Positions 37,411-49,957 are shown, counted from the first letter of the whole stretch. The stretch: DNA of 58,100 nucleotides, filler included, from Basidioascus undulatus (GCA_000826855.1; 6 parts of 6 records of this genome joined end to end with filler, not necessarily neighbours in it); one strand, 5' to 3'. The notes: generated by a model from the letters alone, not told the origin. Program-made: numbers and translations.

Positions 37411-37822
37411 GGTCTGAGAATTGAGGTGAATACTTCGAACGTCAGACAGTATTTCGAACTTCAGGAGGGTTGGGCCAAAATGCATCCATTGAGAAACTGC
37501 GCATTACAAACGGCCCGCATCGTGCTGAATAAACATGTGTTCTCTCTGTGTCGTTCTTGGAAGCACAAAGATTTCAATGGAGCAGTGCGACGCGAGCATA
37601 CGCTGCACACTGAGGTCTCCCGGGGCACTCTAGCCTTTCCACGCAACATCCCTGCGAAGCAGAGAGTGTCATGACCGAGACCATGTATTTCGTGAAACGT
37701 GGACAAGTGTAGACCGCGTAACTCGTAGCCCTTCATTGTACACGAAATGGAACGCAGTGAAGTGGAAATATCGGACCCGCGAGAGCGTTTGACGCAGGTT
37801 TGCGTACTTGCGTGCTGAACCC

Positions 37823-39539
37823 CTACTGCTTCTCGTCGACGAAGCCTTCGCGCTTGCCCTTGCCGATCTGGTTCAGCTCTGTAGAATATAGATCAGTCAG
37901 TCCATTCATCACAGTGCCCGAAGAGGTAAAGAACAGGCAGACATACCTTCTTCCTCCCTATCGAGGCGCCTGAAAGTGAAGAAGAAAGCAAGGCCGGCGA
38001 CGAAAGCAGCACAAGCGATACCGGTGTCTGGGGAGCAAAGGACAGGGCTTGAGCCTCGCGTGTATTATGACGAAGAATGGACTTACAGTTGCCGACAAGG
38101 TAGGGGTCGTTTGCCACGGAGGTCAGCGCGAACCCGAGGGCCTTCAAAGGGCAAAGGTCAGCATTTTCCGGCTTGTGGAACTCCGGAAAGAGCGTTACCG
38201 AGGCGATGGCATTCATGAAGAGGTTCACTGCCATGACGACCGAGCGCATACGCGCAGGTGCCTCTGAGTATAGAAAGTACATCAGAGCGAGAGCCTGAAG
38301 AGGATGTGCCGAGAAAGCAGTGAACTTACTGGTGTACGCGTACTCGAGCGTGGTGCTAGAGTTCCGTTACAGTCGTCAGTTGCCATTCACTGCCCAGATT
38401 AACTGAAACATACATGGAGGCAAAGATCTCGGAAAGGCCGATCAAAAGATATGAAGGTGCTTGCAGCCAAACATTGAGGTCGGCTGTGAGGACTTGGTCA
38501 TCCTGGTCCGTGCTAAAAGAACATGCAAAAATCCTTCACGTGAGATTGGCACGTCCAAGGGTGGTATAAGAACTGGCCATGTGGCAGCTCTGTCGCCACA
38601 AGGGCTGAGCGCGTAGACGCGGGACTGGATGACCGCTGAGTAGACCTGTTGCAGGATGTCAGAATGGAAGAATGGGGCAGCCTGAAGCCAGAGAGACTCA
38701 CCATCGCCGCGGACGCCGCCATGAACCCGCAAGTAATGCGGCGGATAGGGGTGAAACGAATCTTGAACTTCCGCAGAGTAGGGTCTGTCGAACACCAACA
38801 ATATTAGTCAAAGTCTCCGCCAGGTGTTATTGGTCAAGACCAGACGTACAGACAATCTGGTCCATGATGGGGCTGTCGGCGCTGCGTCAGTCAAAAGCCA
38901 CCAAAAATCTTACTCTCGCGACTGTACTTACATCATGCTGTGAAGTACAAGACGGCATCAGCATCAACTGCAAGGACAAGACCATTCACTGTCGCTTACA
39001 TGATGCTGAGGGGAGGGGCATAGCGGCATCAGCGCCGATAGTAATCAGCGCAAGAAACCAATGCTTACAGTGAGATCGGGTTCAAATTTTGGACTGATTG
39101 GAAATTGTATTAGTGTGGACTTCGGTAAAGATATCTGAAGGTACCCACTGAGATCATTGGGCGTTCCATTCAACCTCATGGCCGCAGCCTGTGAGACGAG
39201 GTTGTTCGTTTGTTGATTATAAGCCAGCTGCCGATCCCGAACGGTCCGGATGGTTAGGATTCGATCAAGTTACGTTCAAGAGACAGAAAACTACCCAATA
39301 GAGGGGCATGAAAAGGAACACTTTGCACGCCCGAAGCGCCCGGGCAAGCTCGTCGACAAACTCTGTACTCGCCTGGGCGTCAGGATTCTTGATCTCCTTC
39401 ACCTTACAAAGACCAGGGATTCATTTTATTGCTCACCGTCGTCCCAAGTCAACCACTGCGGCCTTTCCGACTCGCCCTTGGCTCCGCCAGCAAGGAAGGA
39501 ACTCGGCTTTGCTGCCGACCAGAAGTCGCCCGTCTTGAA
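37823..39539 (-). CDS. PTR2: POT/PTR2 peptide transporter copy B, 3' half; 5' part beyond the contig end
   Basis: QWLTWDD|FVDELARALRACKVFLFMPLY, WLAYNQ, NNLVSQAAAMRLNGTPNDL, FTPIRRITCGF, NVWLQAPSY, IGLSEIFAS, LEYAYT, APARMRSVV and C-terminal EGFVDEKQ*. Confidence 0.88.
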
Positions 39540-39639
39540 NNNNNNNNNNNNNNNNNNNNNNNNNNNNNNNNNNNNNNNNNNNNTTAATTAATTAANNNNN
39601 NNNNNNNNNNNNNNNNNNNNNNNNNNNNNNNNNNNNNNN
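39540..39639. other. Artificial contig linker
   Basis: N44-TTAATTAATTAA-N44. Confidence 0.98.
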
Positions 39640-39814
39640 CCTTCCGAGGCGGGCTCGCACGAGTGGGAGACCCTCACGGACCCCGAGCCGAACGGCCAGG
39701 GCGTGACGGTCGACGCTGAGCCGCTGCAGTGAGCGCATTGCGCGACTCGCTGGCTGGCTGGGTTGAGCTGGGGCGTGGCGGTTGGGTTCGGTGGAGGCAA
39801 GAAGCTGGGTGGAA

Positions 39815-39851
<37 letters not shown>

Positions 39852-40037
39852 GGGAGAAATGGATGGATGCGCCCCGCGGCTTCTGGGGGGCGCTGCCGCC
39901 GCGCACGCAGGCGGAAGGGAGGGGACACACGCTTCATACAACTCCTCCTGTGCATACTCGTCTCTCGCACCGTATTTGACACACACCTCTCGCTTCCCTC
40001 TTTCGCATGTGCCCGCGCTCGCTCGACTGTCTCATAG

Positions 40038-41238
40038 CGTGACCAGGCTGAGCAAGGTCCGCCCGCCCCACTCACTTTTCGTCGTGCACCAACGCGCATT
40101 TTCGAACTCACGCACGTCGTCGACGGGGCCATCGCAGACTACTTCGTTTCGTTTCCGAAGCCCGAAACGAACATCAAGATCGTCGATCTCGCTCCCCCCG
40201 TTCCTATTAAGCCGTCTACCTCCTCGCTCGAGTCTGACGGGGCTTCGATCGCGTCCGAGGATGACGAGGGGGAGGAGGCAGAGATACTCGAGGCGATGCT
40301 CAGGGACACCGAGCCGAACGTGGAGGAAACCTCTGTCCTGGCACTCACGTTTGAACTGATATCCAAGAGGGAGTGGGGCACCATCGCGCGCAGGCCGTTC
40401 AGGGAAGGGGACGTAATCTACACGGTGCGTTTTTTGCGTTGCGGTGGACGCTCGAGTGCTCACGTGCATGTCCATCTCTCAGGAAGCGCCCTTCGCGACC
40501 GCGCTCCTCCCGTCAGTCGAGGTGTGTGCGCCCCCATCCCTTCGCTCCTGGCTCATCCATCCTCACAACCTTCCACCTCACCTCTCCCCAGGGCCGCGCC
40601 ATGCATTGCACCTTCTGTCTGCGCCCACTCCTGCCCGGCCTCTCCCTCCGCCCCTCGCCCAACCCGCTCAGCGCCGCGTACTGCTCCAAGTCCTGCCTCC
40701 TCGAGTCCACAACGCTCTTCGGAGGGTTGCACGCGCGGTGGTCCGCCGCCTGCGGAGGAGGGGAAGCACAGGTGCTGGACCTCCTTGTCGCGCGCGCGTG
40801 GGTCCGCGCGCAGAAGAGGGGCGAGTGGACGGGGGTGGAGATGCTCCCGGTGCAGAAGGAGGAGGGGGAGGAGGACAGAATGCAGGGCGCGAAGGAGTGG
40901 GAGGACGTGAGGGCGGCGCTGGCCGCTTCGGCGGAGGGGCGGACGGCGGAGAAGTGGGTCGAGTTGAAGAGCAAGGCTGGGCGTGCGGCAGTGGCGGTTC
41001 AGGGATCGAAGGTACGTCGCGTCGATAGGACGTCGCGGTTCGTGAGAGGTGTACGTAGACTAATAGCTCAAGGAAGGAGGGACAGCAGGTCGGACTCGCC
41101 CTCTACCTCCTCACGTCGCACATCCGCCGCGGCGGTGAGGACGCGAACGCAAAGATGGTCTGGTCTGAGGGGGAGACGGCGGACGTCCAGCTCGTCGCGG
41201 TGCGGGCGATTGGGGAGGGAGAGGAGATCACGCTTTGA
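40038..41238 (+). CDS. SMYD/Set5-like SET-MYND protein, degenerate; 5' exons uncertain
   Basis: WGTIARRPFREGDVIYT|EAPFATAL..|HCTFCLRPL...YCSKSCL...|VGLALYLLTSHI...ANAKM...LVAVRAIGEGEEITL* gives a split SET domain with a MYND insert. Confidence 0.7.
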
Positions 41239-42446
41239 GACGTTTCGCGATACCGAATTGTGAGTGACGCTCGACGTTCTGCCGGAGTGGAATAGGGAGG
41301 AGAGCTGATAGTTAGCGTTTGCACGCAGGATGGGCTCGGGCACGCCGCTCCTGGCGATGGACGCCTCGGGAGCAGCAGCAGCCGGCTCGCCTACTCCTCC
41401 TTGATTCCCCTCCTTTGCAAAGTCTCTTCTTCGCCCAAACGGACTCTTTCTGAGTTATTTTTCTCATATGGACGTTTTCTCAAGCTACTGGATTCCAAAA
41501 TCTACTCACACACATATGCAGCCTCTCACACGTACACTCTCATACATCGCACAGGTTTCCTCACCGCACCCATATCCGTACCAGTACCCGCACCCGCATC
41601 CTGTCGGACCACTTCGCAGTGTACCGCAACCACATGTAGCCTTGCATTGCTCGCAATTCTACAGTTGCCGCCTTTCCCCCAGAACATTCGGGTCGGCCTC
41701 AACGTCTCATTGCTCCATGCACACCCGCCATCATACACGCTGCCACTCGACTGTTTTGGGCACTGTACAACGCGGATGGATGCCTTCGACCTCTGACTAC
41801 AAGAGTCACATTCCATGAAAGCACGCCAGAACAAGACGGTTTTAGGGGGTAGGACCAGACGGGGCGTGTCGGAGAGAATCGAATTTGCGACGTTGAAGAG
41901 AGCAAGAAGTATATAAGGAGGGTGGAACTACTGAATAAGACTACCAAAGAGCACGTGGGTTTCTTGCTACGTTTTGGTGTCCTATGTAAGCAAGTTGGAA
42001 ACGCGTCTTGCTCCTCAGTTGAGCCGCTGCAGAGCATTCCACAACCGGCCGGTTTCCTCATACGTAGGGTCTCTTAGGAATTGGAATTCTTTGGTATACA
42101 GTTCTGATAAGTCTTACTGCTTAAAGTGCAGCAGGTAATCTGGCATGAGTGGCTCTTGTACAGCAATTTCCGCCGTTTGCGACGTCCTTCCCGCCGTTCC
42201 TCTGCCAACATGCAAAAGATTCGTGGCCCATAAAGCTGTCGCTGAGGTCATTTCAGTTTGTTCGTCCTACTGCGACGGGCGTGATGATCTTTAATCTCGA
42301 CGGCTCAAGCCGCAGCACCAGGTCCACAGTAGTGTGGCACACCTTGCGCGTCGTTCAGGATGAAATTGGAGACAGAACGTTATCTGACCCCAGAAGGAGC
42401 ATTCATGCCGTAATACAGAAAACCTTCAACCCCAAGGATAGCGCCT

Positions 42447-45400
42447 CTACATGCCGAAGCACCGCTCCACGCTATCGGCATTGTTGCCCCACCAGTTGGG
42501 CATCGTGATCATTTTGCCCGCCGAGCTGAGATATCCGTCAGACTGAAGTCTAAGAATGAAGGATTTGGGAATCATAAGAAGCGTTCCAGACTCACAAGGC
42601 GATGAAGAGGAACAACATGCTGTGGCAATGGGGAAGGAAAGCGTTAGCGATCGTGATAAAGACCCGGAAGTACCGAGCGTTTCGCACTTCAGGTTGAACC
42701 CAGTGTCTAGGCTGCGCCCATTATGGCAAAGGTCGACCATAGTTTATGCCGCTGCAAAAAGAGCCTTTTCGGCATAAGACCTTTAAAAGAGACTTAGGAC
42801 ATTGCTCACGTAGCGGTACAAGTAAAAGCTGGAAATCGTCCCAAGCACGAACTGGTCAGTGGGCAGGTTGAGATGTTACCATAGAAGTCGCTCATGCTCG
42901 AGAAAAGGATGGTGCTGCCGATGGAACTTCTCGTCAGCATCCTATGAAGCGCAACGCGACTGCAAATGAAATCGTACCAGTTGCTGACGCGTTCAAAAGC
43001 CCCGTCAGCACTTGGTCAAACACAAGGCAGTCGGCAGTAAACCGTACCAGAGATCGAACGGGGTCTTGGGCCAGCGGCAGTGGGCGGCCCAGATTAGGAC
43101 GGGCGCAAGGGCCCCGAGAAGGAAGCCGTACAGAAGGGGTTGGTAGGCAGAGTCGGCGAAGAGCCTGGAAGGCCCGACGAGGCCGTACTGAATGGCGGCA
43201 GTGTGGTACGAAGTGGGCGACTGTGAAAACCCAAGGTAAGCTGGGGCTATAATTGCAGTCCAAGTAAGACTGTTGAGCCTACCTGTCCGGTCCACTGATG
43301 GTTGGGGTCGACCTTCGTGCCCTTCATGCTGCAAGGCGTACACTGTCAGTCACAGTGGAAGTGTGCTTCGCGCAGTGAGTTTGCACACTGGTCCATCTTC
43401 GTCTCCAAAATCCACACAACCGTCGCTGTGGCCAGGGCCCACGGATCAGCTCGAATTCGGCAGTTGAAGGACTTAAAGACGCCACGGGCTTGCCGTAGTT
43501 CACGGGGACTCCAATCAAGCTGCCCCAGAGCTGGCTCCATACCACTGCGCGCGGCGGGATGTGCAGGTAGTGACCTGTCTTCTGATCCTCGAGCATCGTT
43601 TGGGCGCGGTACCAGCACTGTCAGAGCAAGTCAGCTGTAGGTCCCCGTGAAGAGTATCAACTGGATGGCGCTATGAACCAGAGGCATTGATCATGTACCT
43701 CCTAAAAAAAAGAGGGACATGTCAGCTTTGATTAATGTCGTGTCGACTGCCCCAGTGGTGGTCACAACACACTTACTAGATGAGCTCTATCGGAGGACAC
43801 GCCGTGAGTCCACCAGCTCTACATTGAGATATGCCTCAACGTACCGTTGAAGATTTCAACCGGTATATGATACCCTGAGATGCCATCTGTGCATGAGTAA
43901 TGTAAAGAGAATGGAATAAGCGAAAGACTTAATGGGGCGTAACTCTGTCACAGCTGCGAGCGCTGCGTTGCACTCACAGACGTAGCCCATTGGGAGGACG
44001 GTGACCGCGCCAATCAGAAGAGCGACCTGATAAGTGGAGGATGTAAGCTGTACCTCGCAGACATTTCCGCTGAAAGTAAGGACACACGATGCACGTCAAA
44101 TAGGCAGAAACAAGTCTGCCTTCAAAGTCAGGACGAGATTTATCACGAAAGCGACGCCGAAGAGGGTGATAAACGCCCTGGTTATAGGATAGCGGCAACC
44201 AGTTCAGGATACGTCGTTTCGTTAAATAACAAACAAGTCGACGAAAACTCACAGCTTGTGAACCTCCGGATATGACTGGGCAAGGTTCGACAAGTGGTCG
44301 TTGAGAAGCCGCTGTTTGCTCCGGATATGCTTGAGCGTATCCCAGATCTTCGGGCCGGCAAAGAGCCCGATCCAGACGAAGGCCAACAAATAGGCGGCGT
44401 AGGAGAAGAAAATGTTCCTGGTCCATCTTCAGTCAGGAGAGGCTTGGGATGTGGCAGTGCCAGCCTTGCAGCAAACGTACCACATGAACTGTGCCCCGGC
44501 GTACACCAACCCATGCTAGTCGTAGCCGTCTGATTAACTTCGCATCCGACGTCACTGCTCACGATGTTTAGCAGCCTGAAAGAGCCGTGCAGACACAAAT
44601 TTAATCTCACTCAAGGCAGCCAACGGGTACCATTGGCCGTCGGCGGTGAAGAGCTTGTTCGACATAACACTGAACTTCGGGGCTGTCATGGTATCAGGTC
44701 AGGTCTTGAAACTTCTTCCCATACATTTATGGACACACAACCCCAGTTGTTTCCGATAGGCGATGGGAATGAGGATCCACGCGCTTAAAAGAGCTTGGGT
44801 TAGCCTTCCTGAGCACCCGCAAAAGGGAAGCGGATATGCCCACCTGATGACGAAGGATACGAAATTGATTATCTGTACAAAATATGGGGTCGTGATGATG
44901 TCGGAGGTGATATTACTCCAGTCCAGACTGTGGGTTGATGAGCTTTGGTTGGCCGATACAATAAGTTAAGTAACCCACGTGAAGTTCAAAACTCCCTGGA
45001 AGATAAGGATTTTTCAGTCGTACGCTCACAAGAATGGCAGTTTAGAATCATTAATGCGCACCATGCCGCCCAGGCCGGAACCGACGAATGAGAGCGCATG
45101 GTTGCGCGAGTTGAACCAGCAACTTCAATCCAAGATGGCCCAATTTGCACTGAAGGAAGATCGATGAAGCGGCGCCGGCAGATGGATTTCAAGGGATGGA
45201 CCAAGCTCCTCCCTGTAAAAACAACTGGCGGTACTACTTGGTCTAGTTATCCCAAGAAATCGCAGACAGGCAGTTGAACATCAGCCCTTCGCTTTACGCT
45301 CGGTCTGTGCGTCATTGACGGCAAGGTCACGGCTCGGTGGACGCTGCAGAATTTCCGAATATTCCGACCATTTCTTTTAGCCGTCGGGTGCGCACAGTCT

Positions 45401-45520
45401 CGCACCTCCCTTCTCTTTTATGGCTGATCAAATCCATCAGGGCGAACGAAAGATCGGTTGGCTGTCCACTCTGAAACGGCATTGCATCGGCGAGACAGTC
45501 TGCACGGGGCAAAGGTTAAG
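42447..45520 (-). pseudogene. OPT-family oligopeptide transporter, many introns, decayed
   Basis: LDWSNITSDIITTPY, MSNKLFTADG, YMINASGS*RHP (TAG 43671-43673), MLEDQKTGHYLHIPPRAVVWSQLWG, YGLVGPSRLF, LLYGFLLGA and MPNWWGNNADSVERC. Confidence 0.75.
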
Positions 45521-45943
45521 CAAGTCCTTCCCCCCGCTCACACAGAGCGAAGAAGCAGCTGAGGAAGGGCTCTTATCGCATTCATGACATGATGCTAACA
45601 TGGATTGGTCACCGGGAGAGTCATAGTGTAGAAGGCTAGTGACTTGCAACAGTGCGCAGGTGGCACCACTTGAAGGCATGGTGATGTTCTACTTTGGGCA
45701 CTATGGGCACATTTGAGAAATCATCAGCATCCGGTAGTTTCCTTCAGCGATGACGAGACTCTGCTTGTGCCAGGTTGGGCGTGTCAACCTTGCGGATCGA
45801 GAGGGTCAGCTGTCGCGTGGCCGCCGGGGCCGCTTCAAGTCCGTCCGCGACTATCACCATCACCTTCCCACAGCACGGTCTTTATCAACGATCAACGTCC
45901 ATCTCTCTTCACCCACACCTCGAGTCAAAAGGCATTCTCGAAC

Positions 45944-46495
45944 ATGTTCATCCCGGCGGTCCCATTGAGGTTCATAGGCTCATCATCGAGGAAGTGGGCG
46001 CTCCCTCGCAGCCGCTCGCGTACACCCAGGACTCCGCCACCTTGGCCTCGCTCTGCCTTGTCTCGCGTTCCTTCCATCTGGAGGCGACTCCACTTCTCTA
46101 CCGCTCGATCGCACTCCGAGATATCAGCGACAGGGGGAAACTCTTCGACACAGCGCGATCGAATCCAAGCCTTCTCGCCCACCGACGGTCGTTGCTGGCT
46201 CGACAAGGAGGTCCACCTGTTACTCTCAAATGTGTATGCTCCTCGCCGCCTTTCTATGAAGCTTCTAATTTTACCGCCCTCTATTATGGGATGAGATATG
46301 TGGACTCGTATCGGGAGTTTCATGTGCCATTTCTTTCGCGGGGTCTTCCATCCTCGCTCGCACAAGTCACCCGCTTCGCGTTTCTGAAATTGATTTTTCA
46401 TCCGCGGAGCATGTTCAAGCTCTGCTTTCCCTGCGCCGTCTCACCCATGTCGCCTTTCTGCAGTATGAGAAGGATGCACCTTCGCAGCAGCCCAA
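45944..46495 (+). pseudogene. F-box-like 'PS[HQ]PLAY' family fragment, frameshifted after its ATG and running in frame into CDC1 exons
   Basis: MFIPAVP/IEVHRLIIEEVGAPSQPLAYTQDSATLASLCLVSRSFHLEATPLLYRSI. Confidence 0.55.
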
Positions 46496-46500
46496 GGCTG

Positions 46501-48354
46501 AACGGCTTCGCGCTCGACGACGCCGAGTACGCGGCGTACCATGCCCGCTTCCGTGAGATCTTTCGCGTGCCGGAGGGGCACCGCGCGCCGAAGGTGCACT
46601 ATCTGCCGGGGAACCACGATGTTGGTGAGTTGAGTGGGCTGGGAGGTGGGTGTGGGGGTAGGCTGAGAGGCTGAGAAGGCGAGGGCGGGTGAAGGACTCG
46701 GTGGGCCCGACGCGAGTTACTCGGCCAAGGCGAGGGAACACTTCCGCGCGACGTACGGGCCTATCAACAGCGTCAAGTCGATCGGGGAACACTCGTTCAT
46801 CTTCCTAGACGCGCCGGGACTGGTTGAGGAGGTGCGTCGTCCTTCCCCTCCTATCCCCTGCCAACAGCCCATCTCACCTCTCCCGCCTCGCGCTACAGGA
46901 CTATCGGCGCTTCGCGCTCGGCGAGCTATTCGACGGGTCTTACCCGGGCGTCGAGGGCGGCGCAATAGAGTTCATCATGAAGCTACGACAAGGTGCGTCT
47001 TCCTCTCCCCTCTTTCTCAGCAGGTGCTGAATCCTTCCTGCAAACAGACCTCCCCCCGGCCCCACGCATCCTCCTCTCCCACATCCCGCTCTGGCGTCCG
47101 AACCTCGCAGCGTGCGGTCCGCAGCGTGAGCACGCGCACGGGATCCACCAGGGCACGGGGCTGGGGTACCAGAACCTCCTGCTGCATGACACGAGCACGT
47201 TCGTGCTCGACTCGCTCAAGCCGGATCTGATCTTCAGGTGTGCTGGGTGGTCTGAGAGGCTGGGCGGGGGAGGGAAGAGGCTCGGCGGTGAGGAAAAAGG
47301 CTGATTTCTGGTGGGTGGTGGTAGTGGTGATGATCACGATTACTGTGATACGCGGCATCAGAGCACGACGGGCTTGCCTGAGGGGGTGCGGGAAATTACC
47401 GTCAAGTCGTTTTCGATGGGTGCGCTCACCCTCCCCTCCGCTCTCTCCTTCCCTTACTCACACTCAGTACCCCCCAACACAGCCATGGGCATCCAACAAC
47501 CAGGCTACCAGCTCCTCTCCCTCGCGCCGCCCTTCGCGGACGCCACGCTCCCCACGCACTCCACCACGCCCTGCGCGCTCCCCTCGGAGCTCTTCATCCT
47601 CTCCGCGATCTACGCGCCTCTCGCGGCGCTCTCCATCCTCTTCCTCCTCATCAACCATCTCCGCCTCGCCTTCTCCTCCCGCTCCTCACCCCTCTGCTCC
47701 TCCAGCACCCAAAAATCCAAGCGCCCCCGAGGCGTGCACCTCGCGCAGCTCAAGACGGGTGCACCCCCGCGGCCGCGCACCACCTTCGCACCAGTTATCA
47801 CGCGCCGCTCGTCCGGGCTCGTTAGCCCCGCGACCTCCATGCCCCCGTCCGACACCGAGCCGGACTACGACGACCTCGAAGCGGGGGCCGGGCCGATGTC
47901 CCCCGGCGTGGGAGGAGGGGGACACTACTTCTTCGGGCCCGGCTCGAGCATCCGATACACGACGCCCTACTCCTCCGAGGGCGAGTACGACCACACTTCC
48001 CTCGACTCCCCCTCGGAGTACCTCTCCCCCGTCGACCTCCCCTCCCCTTCCTACCCCCGCACGCCCCTCCGCATCCGGCGCGTCAGCCGGCTCGGCACGT
48101 TTGGGGGGTCCTCCTCTGCCTCTTCCTCCCCCTCCTTCCTCTCTTCCGTCTGCGCAAACCCGACAATCCAGCGATACCTCCTCCGCCCCGCCCGGAACGC
48201 GTGCATCGCTGTGGGCGGGAAGCACGTCGTGCATGTGTGGAGGCTGGCCGGCGGCGCGGACGGCGTGCTGGGACGATGGGCTAGGGACACGTGGGATGTT
48301 CTGTGGGTTGCGCTGGCGCTGTATGCGCTCCTTTGGGCGTGGTTCGCGTTTTGA
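46501..48354 (+). CDS. CDC1: Cdc1/MPPE1-like metallophosphoesterase (GPI remodelling); N-terminal exons absent
   Basis: EYAAYHARFREIF, YLPGNHDVG, LDAPGLVEEDY, ILLSHIPLWRP..CGPQRE...GYQNLL, SGDDHDYC, EITVKSFSMAMGIQQPGYQLLSL and C-terminal TM helices. Confidence 0.85.
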
Positions 48355-48820
48355 GGAGTGGGGTGGATGCGGATGCCGATTCTTGGACTATTTGGTCGGC
48401 GTTGCATGATACACTCTTTTACATTGCACACAGGGCGGACCCGCCCGGACATTGGATGCCAAGCTGAAGCTCGAGCGTATCGTTGTGCCATGCTCAGCTA
48501 GAAGTTATGGTCTGGGGAAAAGCTGCTTTCTCGGGCCTGCTGCGGCTCCGCAAATTCTGCGGACAAGTCGTATTTGGCGTGTTCCACATCTGGTGTGATT
48601 CCATGTACGGATGTTCCCCGGCGTGTTTATTCTATTTAACTTTCGACAGCCCAAGGTATTCACCAAGTGGCCGCAGCATCTACGGACTTTTCGGGACTGG
48701 TTCAAAGCGCTCTCGCCAGCAACACCCAGTCGTACTTAGCCTGATCAAGGTCCCGTTCGAGTATCATTATAGCATTAGCAAAAATTTATGCAAGAGCGTT
48801 GACTGTGTCTCTCACAAAGG

Positions 48821-48920
48821 NNNNNNNNNNNNNNNNNNNNNNNNNNNNNNNNNNNNNNNNNNNNTTAATTAATTAANNNNNNNNNNNNNNNNNNNNNNNN
48901 NNNNNNNNNNNNNNNNNNNN
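48821..48920. other. Artificial contig linker
   Basis: N44-TTAATTAATTAA-N44. Confidence 0.98.
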
Positions 48921-48988
48921 GTCAGATACTCTACCATTGAGCCAGCCGGCCGTGACCGACGCAGGGATCGAACCTGCAACCCCCTGAT
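48921..48988 (-). tRNA. Second tRNA-Trp-like gene in permuted order: 3' half (48988-48953), 1-nt spacer (48952), 5' half (48951-48921, to C32)
   Basis: Core identical to 30347-30408. The 5' half extends to TCTGAC, and its TCTGA pairs with the TCAGG of the upstream 3' half (anticodon stem). Confidence 0.82.
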
Positions 48989-49957
48989 CTCGACTACCAC
49001 TTGCTTACGCTGGGCGGTGATGGACAAACCCTTGTCAGACTTATGAATCCCAAACTTAATTCTTCAGCATCCTAGTGATTGAGCTCTACTGCAGGGGGAG
49101 GTACCTTGAATGTGCCTTTGCCTTGTATTCCAGAACTCCCCCGGACAGCAGGGCCCTCGTGCTCCAGAAGTGCACATCCGCATCGACTTCAACCTTCTTG
49201 CAGAGCCTCGCTCTTAGTAAGGCCAAATCAGAATGTATAACTCCGTCCCCAACTTACCAATGCCACGCAAGCGTGCGGTGGGCCCCCTGAAGAGGGGTTC
49301 GTTGGGGGGTGGAAAGACAAGGTTCAGGCCAATGGGCAGGTTCGCATGAACAGATTGTCAACTTTAGGAGAGACTGTCGAGGTTCTCTGGATGGAATAAA
49401 GCGCTGAATTTGTTGTAAAGAAAAATTGGAGGTAACAAACCTGCAATAAACCTTCCCTGGTAGGTACATAACCTCCAACCAGGCCAAAGAGCAGACCTTT
49501 CCTTTGAACAAACCGTACGGCAGACGAATGACACCCCCGCTTCAGACATTCGAGCTTATAGATGACTTACCGACTGGAAATGAAGAACAACTATCTTTCC
49601 ACCCTCCGCTTGGAGGTCCTGCGAAGACAAGGGCAGGGTCGGGTTCTCAGCCACTGCGACCTGTTGTTTCATAAGAGATCATCTTACAATAGGAACGTTA
49701 CAATGTGAGGAGCTTTAACAAGAGAAACCTCTACATAGTGGTCAGTCTACGAGAGCTTGCTGCTGGGCTCGTCGCTAGTTCATTTTTTTAATTACAATGC
49801 CGGTAGCGGAGATAAATTACGCGTTCCGGTTGGGGCAAAAACATTCCATGAATCTGTTCAATGACTCAGGTAATTCAAGTTCAAGGACACCAGTGCTGCG
49901 ACTCAACGACAAACAACAAACGGCGTTCAATGTTTCAGTCGATCGCATTGTAACGCG

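Noticed and set aside
47240..48409. Long alternative-frame and antisense ORFs over GC-rich genes (also 13416-14045, 28126-28953, 51853-52557)
   Set aside because: They are shadow ORFs caused by the high GC3 of the real coding frame and carry no recognisable motifs.
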